Notes: generated by a model not told the origin, from the letters alone. A stretch of 64,000 nucleotides of DNA from an uncultured Acidobacteriota bacterium (GCA_963779415.1 CAVZYA010000001.1:128001-192000), one strand, 5' to 3'. Shown: positions 9,816 to 19,943, numbered from the stretch's first letter. Numbers and translations: made by a program.

Positions 9816-10541
9816 TCACTGGAGCGTGAAGGTGACGGTCACCGTGAGGTAGACCGGAACCGTGCGCCCGTTGAACGTGGCCGGCTTGTATTTCCACTGT
9901 TGAACCGCCCTCATGGCGGCGTTGTCGAGAAGGGGGTTGATGCCGCGCAGGACGCGGACGTCGGAAACGGCGCCGTCCTTCGTGATGATCGCTTCGAGAA
10001 TGACGACGCCCTGCATCCGGGCCTTGCGGGCGGCTTCCGGGTACTGGGGCCTGACCCGCGAGATCTCGATCGGCTCCTTGACCTCGCCGCCGACGCGCAT
10101 CGGCTCCTCGGCTCCCGGCACGCCGCCGAGGACGCCGCCCGGCACACCGCCGAGAACGCCGCCCATGACGCCGCCCGGGACACCGCCCTCGACGCCCCCC
10201 TCGACGCCTTCACCCCCCGAGTCGTCGGTCGACGGCTTCGGAAGGGCGTCCGGGATGACGACGGGAGCCGTCATCTGGTTCGTCTGCGGCTGCTCCACCT
10301 TCTGCACGACCTTCGGCGCGGCCGCCTTCGGCGGCGGCGGGGGAGGCGGCGGCGGCGGGGCGGCCTGCACGTAGAAGGAGACCGGAATCGGCGGGTCGGG
10401 AATCTCCTCGATGTACCAGAGAGAGAGGGCGACGGCGCTGCCGATGACGAGAACGTGGAGGATGAAGGCGAGCGGGAACGTCATCCAGCGCTTCTTGTCG
10501 ACCTTCTGCTTCGTGGATTCGATGAGGGCGGCTTCGAACAT
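9816..10541 (-). CDS. tonB: Energy transducer TonB
   Basis: N-terminal TM helix with His, poly-Pro linker, GGVxGGV repeats, C-terminal PQYPEAARKARMQG...WKYKPA. Confidence 0.92.
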   Translation of the reverse strand: MFEAALIESTKQKVDKKRWMTFPLAFILHVLVIGSAVALSLWYIEEIPDPPIPVSFYVQAAPPPPPPPPPPKAAAPKVVQKVEQPQTNQMTAPVVIPDALPKPSTDDSGGEGVEGGVEGGVPGGVMGGVLGGVPGGVLGGVPGAEEPMRVGGEVKEPIEISRVRPQYPEAARKARMQGVVILEAIITKDGAVSDVRVLRGINPLLDNAAMRAVQQWKYKPATFNGRTVPVYLTVTVTFTLQ

Positions 10542-10571
10542 CGTGACGTCTCCGGGCGCGAGCCCTTGGGG

Positions 10572-11456
10572 CTACATGCCCTCCAGCGGATTCTGCTTGG
10601 CCGTCTCCTGACGCTGTTTTTCCTGAACCCTCTTCCGGACCTCGAGGCCCTTCTTCTGCCACTCGTCGGCCTGCTTCAGCTCCTCGGCGCGCTGGGAGCC
10701 GTTCGTCTCGATCTTGGCGAGCTCCCGGTAGAGGAGGTTCTCGTAAAACATCGCCTCGAAGTAGTCGGGATTCAGCTCGAGAGCTTTGTTCAGGTCCTTC
10801 ATTCCCTGATCGACGATGGCGCGGCGCTGGTCCGCGGGGAGCGACTCGGGGACCGAGTTATAGGACTTGTCCCATGCCGTGACGCCCATCGTGTAGTAGA
10901 CCTCGGCGTTCGTCGGCTCGATGTCGGCCCGCTTCCGCTGCCACGTCATCGAGTTCTCGAAGTCGCCTTTCTTCGCATAGAGCATCGCGATCGTTTGAAC
11001 GGCCGCCGAGTCTTTCGGATTCCGCTGGACCATGTCCTTGAAGAAATCGATCGCCTCGTCGTACTTCTGCGAGTTCATGTACGTCGTGACGAGGAGCTTC
11101 GCGGCCTTCTCGTCGTCGGGCTTCACGGCGAGGTACTTCTTGAAGTACTCGATCGCGTTTGCGAGCGCGTCGATGTCCTTCTGGTTCTGGGAGCCGGGGT
11201 TGTACATCCCCATGTAGGACATCGCGATGAACTTGTCGAGACGGACTTCCTTGGGGTCGAGCTCCTGGGCCTGCTTGTACTTCTCGAGGGCGTCGCTGTA
11301 GAGCTGCTCCTTGAAGTACTGATTCCCCTTCCGGATGAGCTGCCGGCTCTGCAGCCGGTTGCAGCCCATGAAGGTGACCGCGAGGGCCGCGATCGCCAGG
11401 GCCGCGGCGCGGCGGGCGGTGGTCCGGGTGAGCGCCACGGTCCGGTTTTCCGTCAT
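10572..11456 (-). CDS. TPR-repeat lipoprotein, first gene of the TonB/ExbBD operon
   Basis: ATG at 11456 preceded by an AAGGAG RBS; lipobox FMGC; helical TPR repeats. Confidence 0.8.
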   Translation of the reverse strand: MTENRTVALTRTTARRAAALAIAALAVTFMGCNRLQSRQLIRKGNQYFKEQLYSDALEKYKQAQELDPKEVRLDKFIAMSYMGMYNPGSQNQKDIDALANAIEYFKKYLAVKPDDEKAAKLLVTTYMNSQKYDEAIDFFKDMVQRNPKDSAAVQTIAMLYAKKGDFENSMTWQRKRADIEPTNAEVYYTMGVTAWDKSYNSVPESLPADQRRAIVDQGMKDLNKALELNPDYFEAMFYENLLYRELAKIETNGSQRAEELKQADEWQKKGLEVRKRVQEKQRQETAKQNPLEGM

Positions 11457-11541
11457 CGCCCCGTCACTCCTTTCACGAACCCGCCTCCACCCTGTGAGAC
11501 CCGCGTGCCGCAATATTAGTTCCGGACCCGGAAACGGCGTG

Positions 11542-11558
11542 CGATTCCGTCGGAATCG
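11542..11558. promoter_or_regulatory. Perfect palindrome (putative transcription factor site) upstream of the TPR-tonB operon
   Basis: CGATTCCG-T-CGGAATCG; a TAATAT -10 candidate lies at 11518-11513 on the minus strand. Confidence 0.4.
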
Positions 11559-11870
11559 AGCGGCCTGTCGAGATGCCGGGCGCCGGACGATCCGTTCCGT
11601 TTCGTCGAATCCGCTGACTCCGGCTTTCGTGTCGGGTTTCCAGGGGAAGACCTCTGTTTCTCTCAGGCTGCCGGACAGGCCGGAATCCCGCGCGTCTATA
11701 TCGGACGAGCGGAACCTCGGATCGCCGGAAAGGGGATTCTTACGGAGGCGTCCGAAAAGTTCAAGGAGATTCTTCCGGAGAGCCGCCCGCGCCGGGGACG
11801 CCACGGGGGAGAGACACGGAGACGCGCGGGAACCTCCGCCCCCCGTCTCTCGCCCCGTACAATCGTCCCC

Positions 11871-13625
11871 ATGAAGTGCTCCCGGCGGCCCGAGGGCCGC
11901 GAAATCATTCTTATCGTCGCGTTCGTCGGAGTCCTCATTGGCGGCGGCTCGATCCTGGCCCAGGCGCGCCCCTCATCCCCGGCGCCGACCCCGCCCGCCG
12001 CGCAGGCCCCGGTCGGGAGTTTCGTCAGCCGCGAGACGGTCGACGTCACGAACGTCGACGTCGTCGTCGAGGACTCGAAAGGGAACCGCGTCACCGGCCT
12101 CAGGAAGGACGACTTCACCGTCATCGAGGACGGGATGGAGCAGCCGATCACGAACTTCTTCGCCGTGGAGCAGGGACGGATGACCGTCGTCGGGGACGAA
12201 GAGATCCCGCAGGCTCCCGCGCCGGCCCCTGCGGCGCCCGCCGCATCGGCGCCGGCCGCTGCCCCGGCGGTGAAGACGAAGATCGTCATCTTCGTCGACA
12301 ACCTGAGTCTGACGCCCGCCAACCGCAACCGGGTCTTCCGGAACCTCGAGGATTGGGTCCGCGATGCGGTGAAGGGGAACGTCGAGGGGATGATCGTCGT
12401 CTGGAACCGGTCGCTGAAGGTGAGGCGGAAGTTCACGAACGACGGACGTGACCTCTCGGACATCCTCGCGCAGATCGAGGGGGAGACCGGCAGCGGCGTC
12501 AACCGGAACTCCGACTTCCGCGACATCATCCAGCGGGTCGAAGACGCCCAGTCGGTCGACCAGGCGAACTACATCGTGCAGGGCTACGCGGAGTCGCAGA
12601 CGAGCGATCTGACCTTCACGCTGGAGGCGCTGAAGGGGGCGATCGATCAGCTCGCCGGCGTCGAAGGCCGGAAGATCCTGATCCACGTCTCCGAAGGCCT
12701 GCCGCAGTACCCCGGAGCGGAACTCTGGCGCTACGTGCAGGACAAGTTCCACGACTCGAGCGGGATGATGAACCAGTTCCAGTACGACAAGACCGCGTCC
12801 TACATCGGGCTTGTCCGTGCCGCGAACGCCGCCGGCGTGACGATGTACATGTTCGACGCCTCGGGCCTCGCCATCGATCCGAACGTCTCGGCCGAGGCCG
12901 GACACCAGAGCACGCGGATCGACACGTACACCATGCGATCCAACATGCAGTCGATGCTCCAGATGATGGCCGAGGAGACGGGCGGCGAGGCCATCCTCAA
13001 CAAGAACGTCATTACGGCCGACCTGAAGCAGATCGAAAAGGACTACACGTCCTACTACTCGCTCGGCTACCGCAGCCTCCGCGCCGGCTCCGACCGGCCG
13101 CACAAGCTGGATGTGAAGGTGAAACGCAAGGGCCTGACCGCCCGGGCCCGCCGTAGCTACGTCGAGAAGGGGATCGAGACGCGGACGGTCGAGGCCGTCG
13201 AGTCGGGCCTCTACTTCTCCCGGGACGAGAACCCGCTCGCCGTCGGGCTCGAGGTCGGGCAGGCCGAGCCCAACTCCTCGGGCTACTTCCAGGTCCCGAT
13301 CCGGGTCCGGATCCCTTTCTCCCGGATCGCGATGCTCCCCGACGGGGCGAAGGTCCGCGGGCGGCTCAGGTTCTATTTCCTCGTCATGGATTCCTCGGAG
13401 AAGAAGTCCGATCTCTCGACGCAGTCGAAGGTCGTCGAGATGGACGCGAGGAGGTTCGAAGAGGTCCAGAAAAAGGACTTCATCTACGACGTGTCGCTCC
13501 TGATGATTCCGGGGCGCCAGCGCCTGTCGTTCGCCGTCCGGGACGAGACCACGGCGCAGGTCGGCTACGTCCAGAAGGACCTCTTCGTGTCGGTCTTCTC
13601 GGGCACGCCGCCGACGCCGAAGTGA
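11871..13625 (+). CDS. Secreted VWA-domain protein (Acidobacterial VWFA-related type)
   Basis: Signal peptide; VDVTNVDVVVEDSKGNRVTGLRKDDFTVIEDG; GRKILIHVSEG; MAEETGG; YYSLGY. Confidence 0.85.
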   Translation: MKCSRRPEGREIILIVAFVGVLIGGGSILAQARPSSPAPTPPAAQAPVGSFVSRETVDVTNVDVVVEDSKGNRVTGLRKDDFTVIEDGMEQPITNFFAVEQGRMTVVGDEEIPQAPAPAPAAPAASAPAAAPAVKTKIVIFVDNLSLTPANRNRVFRNLEDWVRDAVKGNVEGMIVVWNRSLKVRRKFTNDGRDLSDILAQIEGETGSGVNRNSDFRDIIQRVEDAQSVDQANYIVQGYAESQTSDLTFTLEALKGAIDQLAGVEGRKILIHVSEGLPQYPGAELWRYVQDKFHDSSGMMNQFQYDKTASYIGLVRAANAAGVTMYMFDASGLAIDPNVSAEAGHQSTRIDTYTMRSNMQSMLQMMAEETGGEAILNKNVITADLKQIEKDYTSYYSLGYRSLRAGSDRPHKLDVKVKRKGLTARARRSYVEKGIETRTVEAVESGLYFSRDENPLAVGLEVGQAEPNSSGYFQVPIRVRIPFSRIAMLPDGAKVRGRLRFYFLVMDSSEKKSDLSTQSKVVEMDARRFEEVQKKDFIYDVSLLMIPGRQRLSFAVRDETTAQVGYVQKDLFVSVFSGTPPTPK

Positions 13626-13629
13626 CGCG

Positions 13630-15141
13630 ATGAGGTTCCTCTCGGCGGAGGAGTCGCGGGCCGCGGACGCGCGGACGATCTCCGCCGGGACGCCCGGGCT
13701 CGTCCTGATGGAGCGCGCGGCCTCCGCCGTGGCCCGGGAGGCGGTCCGCGCGCTCGCGGCGCGGCCGGAGCGCGCCGTCTCCATCGCCGTCCTCGCCGGG
13801 CCCGGGAACAACGGGGGAGACGGGTTCGAGGCCGCGCGGAGGCTCCGCTCCGCCGGATGGAGGGGAGTGGAGGTGCTCCTCGTCGGCGATCCCGGGCGGC
13901 TCTCCGGGGACGGAGCGGCCACGTTCGGGAGGCTTGCGGGCGCCGGAGTGCCCGTGCGACTCGTCTCGTCATCGCCGGATCTCGAGTCGCTCCGGCAGGC
14001 GACCTTCGTGATCGACGCGCTCTTCGGGACGGGACTCACGCGCCCGATCGAAGAGGAGTCGCTCTCCGGTCAGGCGGTGCGTTTCCTGGTGTCAGGGCGC
14101 CCGTTCGTCCTCTCCGTCGACGTCCCGTCCGGTCTCTCCGGAGACGCCGGAGCCGTCCCGGGCCTCGCCGTCCGCGCGGACGTCACCGTGACGTTCGGTA
14201 CCCCCAAGAGATGCCACGTCTTCCTTCCTTCGGCCGGCCTCTGCGGCCGGCTCGTCGTGGCCGACATCGGGCTACTCCCGCCGGAGGGGACCCGGACGGC
14301 CGGGGAGCCGGAAGTGATCACGGCGAACGACGTCGCCCCTCTCTTCCCGCCGCGCGAGGCCTCTTCGCACAAGGGGACGTACGGACACCTCCTCGTCATC
14401 GGGGGCTCGGACGGTTTCTTCGGGGCGCCGGCCCTCGCGGTGCGCGCCGCCCATCGAAGCGGCGCAGGCCTCGTGACGCTGGCGGCTTCGGAAGAGGTGC
14501 GGCGCTCCGTTCACGCCCTCTCGCCCGAGACGACCTCCGTCCCGCCGGACGCGGACCTCGCCTCGTACGATGCCCTCGCCGTTGGCCCCGGGCTGGGCCG
14601 CTCCGGCGACGCGAGGCGACTCCTGTCACGCCTCGCGGCCGCTCCGAAGCCGGCCGTCTTCGATGCCGACGCGCTCAACCTCGCCGGCGAGGCCAGCTTC
14701 TTCCGCTCGCGGCGCTCGCCGACGATCCTCACCCCTCACCCGGGCGAGGCCGGGCGCCTCCTCGGCCTAGACGCCGCGTCGGTGAACGCGGACCGGTTTG
14801 CCTCCGCGCGGGCGCTGGCCGACCGTTCGGGAGCTGTCGTGGTGCTGAAGGGATTCCGGACGGTCCTGGCCGACGCGTCGGGGCGGACGGCGGTCGTCCT
14901 TTCCGGAAACCCCGGGATGGCGAGCGGCGGTACGGGAGACGTTCTGACCGGGATCGCGGGCGCACTTCTCGCGCGCGGGCTCTCCGCGTGGGACGCGGCC
15001 GCGGCCGCGACCTTCCTTCACGGTGCCGCGGGCGATCTCGTCGTGGAGAGCCTCGGGGAGGAGGCGCTGGTCGCGAGTGACGTCGTGGCGGCGCTCGGAG
15101 CGGCCTTCGGAGTTCTCCGCGACGCGCGCCCCGTTTTCTGA
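13630..15141 (+). CDS. nnr: Bifunctional NAD(P)H-hydrate epimerase/dehydratase
   Basis: Motifs GPGNNGGDG, DALFGTG, HKGTYG, DADALN, LTPHPGE, GGTGDVL. Confidence 0.95.
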   Translation: MRFLSAEESRAADARTISAGTPGLVLMERAASAVAREAVRALAARPERAVSIAVLAGPGNNGGDGFEAARRLRSAGWRGVEVLLVGDPGRLSGDGAATFGRLAGAGVPVRLVSSSPDLESLRQATFVIDALFGTGLTRPIEEESLSGQAVRFLVSGRPFVLSVDVPSGLSGDAGAVPGLAVRADVTVTFGTPKRCHVFLPSAGLCGRLVVADIGLLPPEGTRTAGEPEVITANDVAPLFPPREASSHKGTYGHLLVIGGSDGFFGAPALAVRAAHRSGAGLVTLAASEEVRRSVHALSPETTSVPPDADLASYDALAVGPGLGRSGDARRLLSRLAAAPKPAVFDADALNLAGEASFFRSRRSPTILTPHPGEAGRLLGLDAASVNADRFASARALADRSGAVVVLKGFRTVLADASGRTAVVLSGNPGMASGGTGDVLTGIAGALLARGLSAWDAAAAATFLHGAAGDLVVESLGEEALVASDVVAALGAAFGVLRDARPVF

Positions 15142-15560
15142 TGAAAGAGCGGCTCTGTCCCTCGGAGGCGGAGACGAGAGCCTTCGCGCGGGAACTCGCG
15201 GCGCGCCTCCGGCCGGGAGACATCGTCCTCCTGATCGGAGACCTCGGAAGCGGAAAGACAGTCTTCGTCAGGGGCCTCGCGGAAGGGCTCGGAATCGATC
15301 CGTCGGAGGTCTCCTCGCCCACCTTCGCGCTTCTTCACGAGTACGGCCCCGCCGGTGAGGCGCCCCGCCTCCGCCATGCCGACCTCTTTCGGCTCTCCGG
15401 AGGAATCGGCGAGGTCGCTGCGCTCGGCCTCGAAGGAGGGGACGAGGCCGTCCTCGCGGTCGAGTGGCCTCGGCCCCCCTTGCGGGACGCGCACGCCTGG
15501 CGCGTCCGGATCGAGGAGGTGGGGGGAGGCGCGCGCCGGATCCTTATCGAAGGGCCCTGA
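15141..15560 (+). CDS. tsaE: tRNA threonylcarbamoyladenosine biosynthesis ATPase TsaE
   Basis: Motifs GDLGSGKT, SPTF, HADLFRL, VEWP; follows nnr. Confidence 0.95.
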   Translation: MKERLCPSEAETRAFARELAARLRPGDIVLLIGDLGSGKTVFVRGLAEGLGIDPSEVSSPTFALLHEYGPAGEAPRLRHADLFRLSGGIGEVAALGLEGGDEAVLAVEWPRPPLRDAHAWRVRIEEVGGGARRILIEGP

Positions 15561-15581
15561 CCCGCGGCGGCGGCCCGGCCC

Positions 15582-16886
15582 TCAGGGGCCCGGCGGATGG
15601 ACGTTCGCCGGAAAGAGCCCCGGAACGATCGAGGTCACGACGAGGGCCAGCGTCAGGAGGATCATGACGACGCAGGTTCCCCACGACAGCACGTTCCAGA
15701 GACGGCCGTTGACGTGCTCTCCCATCAGGTCCCGCCGGTTCACGAGAAGGCCCATGAAGATCAGGATGAAGGGGAGGAGGAGCCCGTTCAGCACCTGCGA
15801 GAGGAAGAGAACGGGGAAGAGAGGGACCTGCGGGATGAGGATGACGCCGGCTCCGAGGACGATCATCACCGTGTAGAGCGCGTTGAACTGCGGCGCCTCG
15901 CGCCAGCTCTTGTTGACCCCGGCCTCGAAGCCGAGCCCTTCGCAGACCGAGTACGCCGTTGCGAGGGGGAGGATCGAGGCGGCGAAGAGCGAGGCGTTCG
16001 CGAGGCCGAAGGCGAAGAGGATCTTCGCGAAGCGTCCGGCGAGCGGCTCGAGCGCGATGGCGGCCTCGGCGGCTCCCTCGATCCGGATCCCCCGCGGGAA
16101 GAGGGTCGCCCCGCACGCCACGATGATGAAGAACGCCACGACGTCGGTCAGGACGCAGCCGACGATGACGTCCCACCGGGAAAGCCGGTATTCCTCCGGC
16201 CCGATTCTCTTCTCGACGATCGAGGACTGCAGATAGAACTGCATCCAGGGGGCGATCGTCGTCCCGACGAGGCCGATGATCATCAGGATCCAGGCGGCGT
16301 TCGACTCGATCCGGGGCCCGATCGACTGCCGGATGACGTCGCCCCACACGGGTTTGGCGACGAAGGCCGAGACGATGTAGGTGAGATAGACCGTGCAGGA
16401 GACGAGGAAGATCTTCTCGACCGTCTTGTAGTTCCCCTTCACGACGAGCCACCAGACGGCGAACGCGCCGATCGGGACCGACACCCAGCGCGGAACACCG
16501 AAGATCTCGAGGGCGGCAGCCCAGCCGGCGAACTCCGCCACCGTGTTTCCGATGTCGGTCACGAAGAGAGCCGAGAGGATATAGAAGGTCATCCGGAGCC
16601 CGTAGTTCTCGCGGATCAGGTCGGCGAGCCCCTTCCCGGTGATCGCTCCGAGCCGGGCGGCCATCTCCTGCACGACGATGAGGGCGATCGTGATCGGCAC
16701 CATCGTCCAGAGGAGCGAGTAGCCGAAGTGCGCGCCGGCGATCGAGTAGGTCGCGATGCCGCCGGCGTCGTTGTCGACGTTGGCCGTGATGATCCCGGGC
16801 CCGAGCACCGCGAGAAAGAGCGTGAGACGCCGCCGCCAGTCGGGGGCCGCCGGCCGGACCCCGGAGACGGACGGCGGGGGGGTCAA
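15582..16886 (-). CDS. Nramp-family divalent metal transporter (Nramp-related Mg transporter type)
   Basis: TTG start overlaps the upstream stop; motifs GPGIITANVDNDAGGIATYS, QEMAARLG, GTTIAPWMQFY; about 11 TM helices. Confidence 0.88.
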   Translation of the reverse strand: MTPPPSVSGVRPAAPDWRRRLTLFLAVLGPGIITANVDNDAGGIATYSIAGAHFGYSLLWTMVPITIALIVVQEMAARLGAITGKGLADLIRENYGLRMTFYILSALFVTDIGNTVAEFAGWAAALEIFGVPRWVSVPIGAFAVWWLVVKGNYKTVEKIFLVSCTVYLTYIVSAFVAKPVWGDVIRQSIGPRIESNAAWILMIIGLVGTTIAPWMQFYLQSSIVEKRIGPEEYRLSRWDVIVGCVLTDVVAFFIIVACGATLFPRGIRIEGAAEAAIALEPLAGRFAKILFAFGLANASLFAASILPLATAYSVCEGLGFEAGVNKSWREAPQFNALYTVMIVLGAGVILIPQVPLFPVLFLSQVLNGLLLPFILIFMGLLVNRRDLMGEHVNGRLWNVLSWGTCVVMILLTLALVVTSIVPGLFPANVHPPGP

Positions 16887-18190
16887 CGGCCCCTCCGGCC
16901 CCGCGCGGGCCTCTCCTTGAGCCGGTCGAAGACGTCGTCGATCGTGATGAGGCCGACGAGAACCCCTTCGGGGTCGACGACCGGGAGGGCGAGGAGGTCG
17001 TACTTCGACATCGTCTCGGCCACCTCGTCGGCCGGGACCTCCGCCGTGACCTGCCGGACCGGGCTCACCATGACGCTCTCGAGGGTCGCCGCGTCGTCGG
17101 CGGCGAGCAGCTCGCGGACGGAGAGGACGCCGAGAAGCCGCTCGCGCTCGTCGACCACGTAGAAATAAGTGATGACCTCCTGCTCCCTCGCGAGTGCGCG
17201 GAGCTTGGAGAGCGCCTCGCGGACGCCGAGGCCGGGAGGAAATGCCACATAGCTCGTGTCCATGACGCCGCCCGCGGTGTCCTCGTCGTGGACGAGAAGC
17301 TCGGTGACCTCCTCGCGCGCCTCTTTCTCCATCAGCTGGACGAGGTCGCGCGCCTGCTCTCCGGGCAGATCTCCGAGGACGTCGGCCGCTTCGTCTGCGG
17401 GCATCTGCTCGAGGATCTCGGTCGCGTGAGGGGCGGAAAGCTCCTCGATCATGTCGGCCTGGACGTCCGGCTCCAGCTCGTGGAGCGTCTCGGCCGCCGT
17501 CTCGACGTCGAGCTTCCGGAAGATGCCGCCCCGCTCGGGCTGCGGCAGCTGGCTGATGATCTCCGCGAGATCGGCGGGATGGAGGCGCGCCAGCTTCTCG
17601 TGCGGCATTCGGGTTTCGAGCCGATCGAGCCTCGTGGTCAGCGGCTGGAGCGAGTCCCACGGGATGAGGCGAGCGGGAACGGAGGCGTCCGAGAAGCGTC
17701 CGCCCCGCGGCGTGACGCCCGAGCCGAAGACGCGCCGGACGAATCCCCGCGGCCCGACGTCGGCGGCCGTCAGGGCGAGATCGCCGGAGACGACGTCGAG
17801 CTTGAGATCGTTGACGCGGACGACCTTGACGCCGTTGATGTCGACGATCTGCTTGTCGAGGAGGTGGCGCCCGAGGAGGATCTCGTCGTCCGTCGGCGCG
17901 CGATGGATGAGGTCCTCCCGCGAGAGACGCGTCCGGACGGCGCCGCGCTGGAAGATCGCGACGTCCTCCCAGGGAAGAACGAAGGTCTCGAACCGGTCGC
18001 GCAGGAGGAGGCCCGTGATCATCGGGAACGGGGAGCTGACGCCCGTGTCGACGACGAGGTCCCGGATCTTTCCGACGGGCCGGCGCGCCACGTCGAGCAC
18101 CCGCTCGCCGAGGAACTCCGAGAGGAAGAAGCCGTCGTGCGCCGGCACCGGGGCCGGACGCGGCGGCGCGGGGCTCATCGGAGCGGGCAT
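16883..18190 (-). CDS. Soluble PRC-barrel + MgtE N-terminal + CBS-pair protein without a membrane domain
   Basis: Motifs LLDKQIVDINGVKVVRVNDL, LHPADLAEII, DTAGGVM, KYDLLALPVVD, ITIDDV; the protein stops right after the CBS pair. Confidence 0.85.
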   Translation of the reverse strand: MPAPMSPAPPRPAPVPAHDGFFLSEFLGERVLDVARRPVGKIRDLVVDTGVSSPFPMITGLLLRDRFETFVLPWEDVAIFQRGAVRTRLSREDLIHRAPTDDEILLGRHLLDKQIVDINGVKVVRVNDLKLDVVSGDLALTAADVGPRGFVRRVFGSGVTPRGGRFSDASVPARLIPWDSLQPLTTRLDRLETRMPHEKLARLHPADLAEIISQLPQPERGGIFRKLDVETAAETLHELEPDVQADMIEELSAPHATEILEQMPADEAADVLGDLPGEQARDLVQLMEKEAREEVTELLVHDEDTAGGVMDTSYVAFPPGLGVREALSKLRALAREQEVITYFYVVDERERLLGVLSVRELLAADDAATLESVMVSPVRQVTAEVPADEVAETMSKYDLLALPVVDPEGVLVGLITIDDVFDRLKERPARGRRGR

Positions 18191-18259
18191 CCCGGCGATT
18201 GTCGGGACCTCGCCGCCGTTGGTCAATGAATGGAACGCTCTTTTCGGTAAGCTTGCCAG

Positions 18260-19366
18260 GTGAGCCGCCCGACACCGCGCACCGCGGGCCTCCCGCAGAC
18301 CGTGCCTCTTCTCGTCGTGACCCGAGGGGCGCGGATGGAATCGGTCCACCGGGGATCCGTTGCGGTCGTGGCCGCCGACGGCCGGCTTCTCGCGGCGGCG
18401 GGGGACCCGCTCCAACCCGTCTTCCTTCGCTCGGCGGCCAAGCCGTTCCAGCTCACGCCGTTTCTCGCGGCCGGGGGCGAGCGCCGCTTCCGCCTCACGA
18501 CGAAGGAGGTCGCCCTGGCGGCCGCGTCACACGGGGGCGAGCCTTTCCACGTCCGGACGGTTCGGGGGCTCCTCGAACGAGGCGGCTTCTCGGTGGACGA
18601 CCTTCACTGCGGCGCGCACGCCCCGATGAGGGAAGAGACGGCTCGCGCGCTCGCCCACCGGCACGAGAAACCGAGCGCCCTCCACAACAACTGCTCGGGG
18701 AAGCATGCGGCCATGCTCCTCTGCTGTCGCCTCCTGAAGGAGGACCCGGCGACCTACTGGCACCGCGACCACCCGCTCCAGAAACGGATCCTCGACACGG
18801 TCTCCCGGATGACGGGCGTCTTGGAGGAGCGGATCGGCCTCGGCGTCGACGGGTGCTCGGTTCCGGTCTTCCAGGTCCCGCTCTACAACCTCGCGCTCTC
18901 GTATGCGCGGCTCGTCGGACCGCGCCTTCCGGGCGAGCCGGCGGCGGAGTTCGCGGCGCGGAGGAGGATCGTCGAGGCGATGACTTCCGAACCCGAGATG
19001 GTCGCGGGAACGGGCCGTTTCACGACGCGACTGATGCGGGAGTTCGGAGGGGATCTCCTCGGCAAGGAAGGGGCGGAAGGGGTTTACGCCGTGGGCGTTC
19101 CGGCCCGGCTCGCCGCCTCGCTTCCGGTCGACGGGCCGGTCGGCATCGCGCTGAAGATCGAGGACGGCGCCGAACGCGGACGCGACGCCGTGACGGTCGA
19201 AGTGATGCGCCAGCTCGGACTCGCCTCGGGGACGCGGCTCTCGCGCCTCAGGCGCCTCGCGCGGCGCCCCGTCCGGAACGTCCGGGGAGAGGTAGTCGGC
19301 GGGATGATGCCCGTCTTCTCCCTCGATCTCTTCGCGTCCGAGGCCGCCGCCGGGAGAGCTCGTTGA
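18260..19366 (+). CDS. ansA: L-asparaginase II (class 3, Rhizobium etli AnsA type)
   Basis: Motifs ESVHRG, RSAAKPFQ, HNNCSGKH, DGC, KEGAEG, KIEDG. Confidence 0.9.
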   Translation: MSRPTPRTAGLPQTVPLLVVTRGARMESVHRGSVAVVAADGRLLAAAGDPLQPVFLRSAAKPFQLTPFLAAGGERRFRLTTKEVALAAASHGGEPFHVRTVRGLLERGGFSVDDLHCGAHAPMREETARALAHRHEKPSALHNNCSGKHAAMLLCCRLLKEDPATYWHRDHPLQKRILDTVSRMTGVLEERIGLGVDGCSVPVFQVPLYNLALSYARLVGPRLPGEPAAEFAARRRIVEAMTSEPEMVAGTGRFTTRLMREFGGDLLGKEGAEGVYAVGVPARLAASLPVDGPVGIALKIEDGAERGRDAVTVEVMRQLGLASGTRLSRLRRLARRPVRNVRGEVVGGMMPVFSLDLFASEAAAGRAR

Positions 19367-19827
19367 AGACCGTCCGCGTCGGCAAAATCGCGCAGGGGCT
19401 CCTCCTCGCCCTCTACACGTCGGGCGTCCTCGTCCTGACCCTTCTCGTGCAGGGGCGCCCGGGGGTCCGGACGAATCTCGCCCCGTTCGATGACCTGCAG
19501 CGACTCTCGAGTCTCGCGGCGCGGCGGGGAATCCTGTCGAACGTCTTCCTCTTCGCGGTGAGCGGGATCGCGGCGAATCTCGCAATGTTCGCGTTCTGGG
19601 CGTTTCTCGGTTGGAAGTTCCTCGACGGGAAGGGGCGGTCGGCATGGCGGAACGACGCCGACATCCTCCTCGCCGGGTCTCTCTTCTCCACGGGGATCGA
19701 GGCGGCGCAGCTCTTCCTCCCGACTCGGGCGGCCGACGTCAACGACGTCTTCTGGAATATCCTCGGGACATTCGTCGGCGTCGGCGTGGCTCATGCCGCT
19801 TCCCGGGTCCGCCTCGAGTGGGAGTAG
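19363..19827 (+). CDS. VanZ-family membrane protein
   Basis: TTG overlaps the upstream stop; motifs [35 protein letters not shown]. Confidence 0.8.
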   Translation: MKTVRVGKIAQGLLLALYTSGVLVLTLLVQGRPGVRTNLAPFDDLQRLSSLAARRGILSNVFLFAVSGIAANLAMFAFWAFLGWKFLDGKGRSAWRNDADILLAGSLFSTGIEAAQLFLPTRAADVNDVFWNILGTFVGVGVAHAASRVRLEWE

Positions 19828-19857
19828 GCTCCCGGCAACCGGGCGACGGACCCACGA

Positions 19858-19943
19858 GCCGGAGTGGCGGAACGGCAGACGCGGGGGACTCAAAATCCCC
19901 TGTCCGCAAGGACGTGCGGGTTCGAATCCCGCCTCCGGCACCA
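19858..19943 (+). tRNA. tRNA-Leu (anticodon CAA)
   Basis: GCCGGAG acceptor stem, GGGGA-CTCAAAA-TCCCC anticodon arm, long variable arm, GGTTCGAATCC T-loop, encoded CCA. Confidence 0.97.

Noticed and set aside
10110-10215. Tandem 12-bp repeats resembling a repeat array
   Set aside because: They encode the GGVxGGV linker of TonB and have no spacers.
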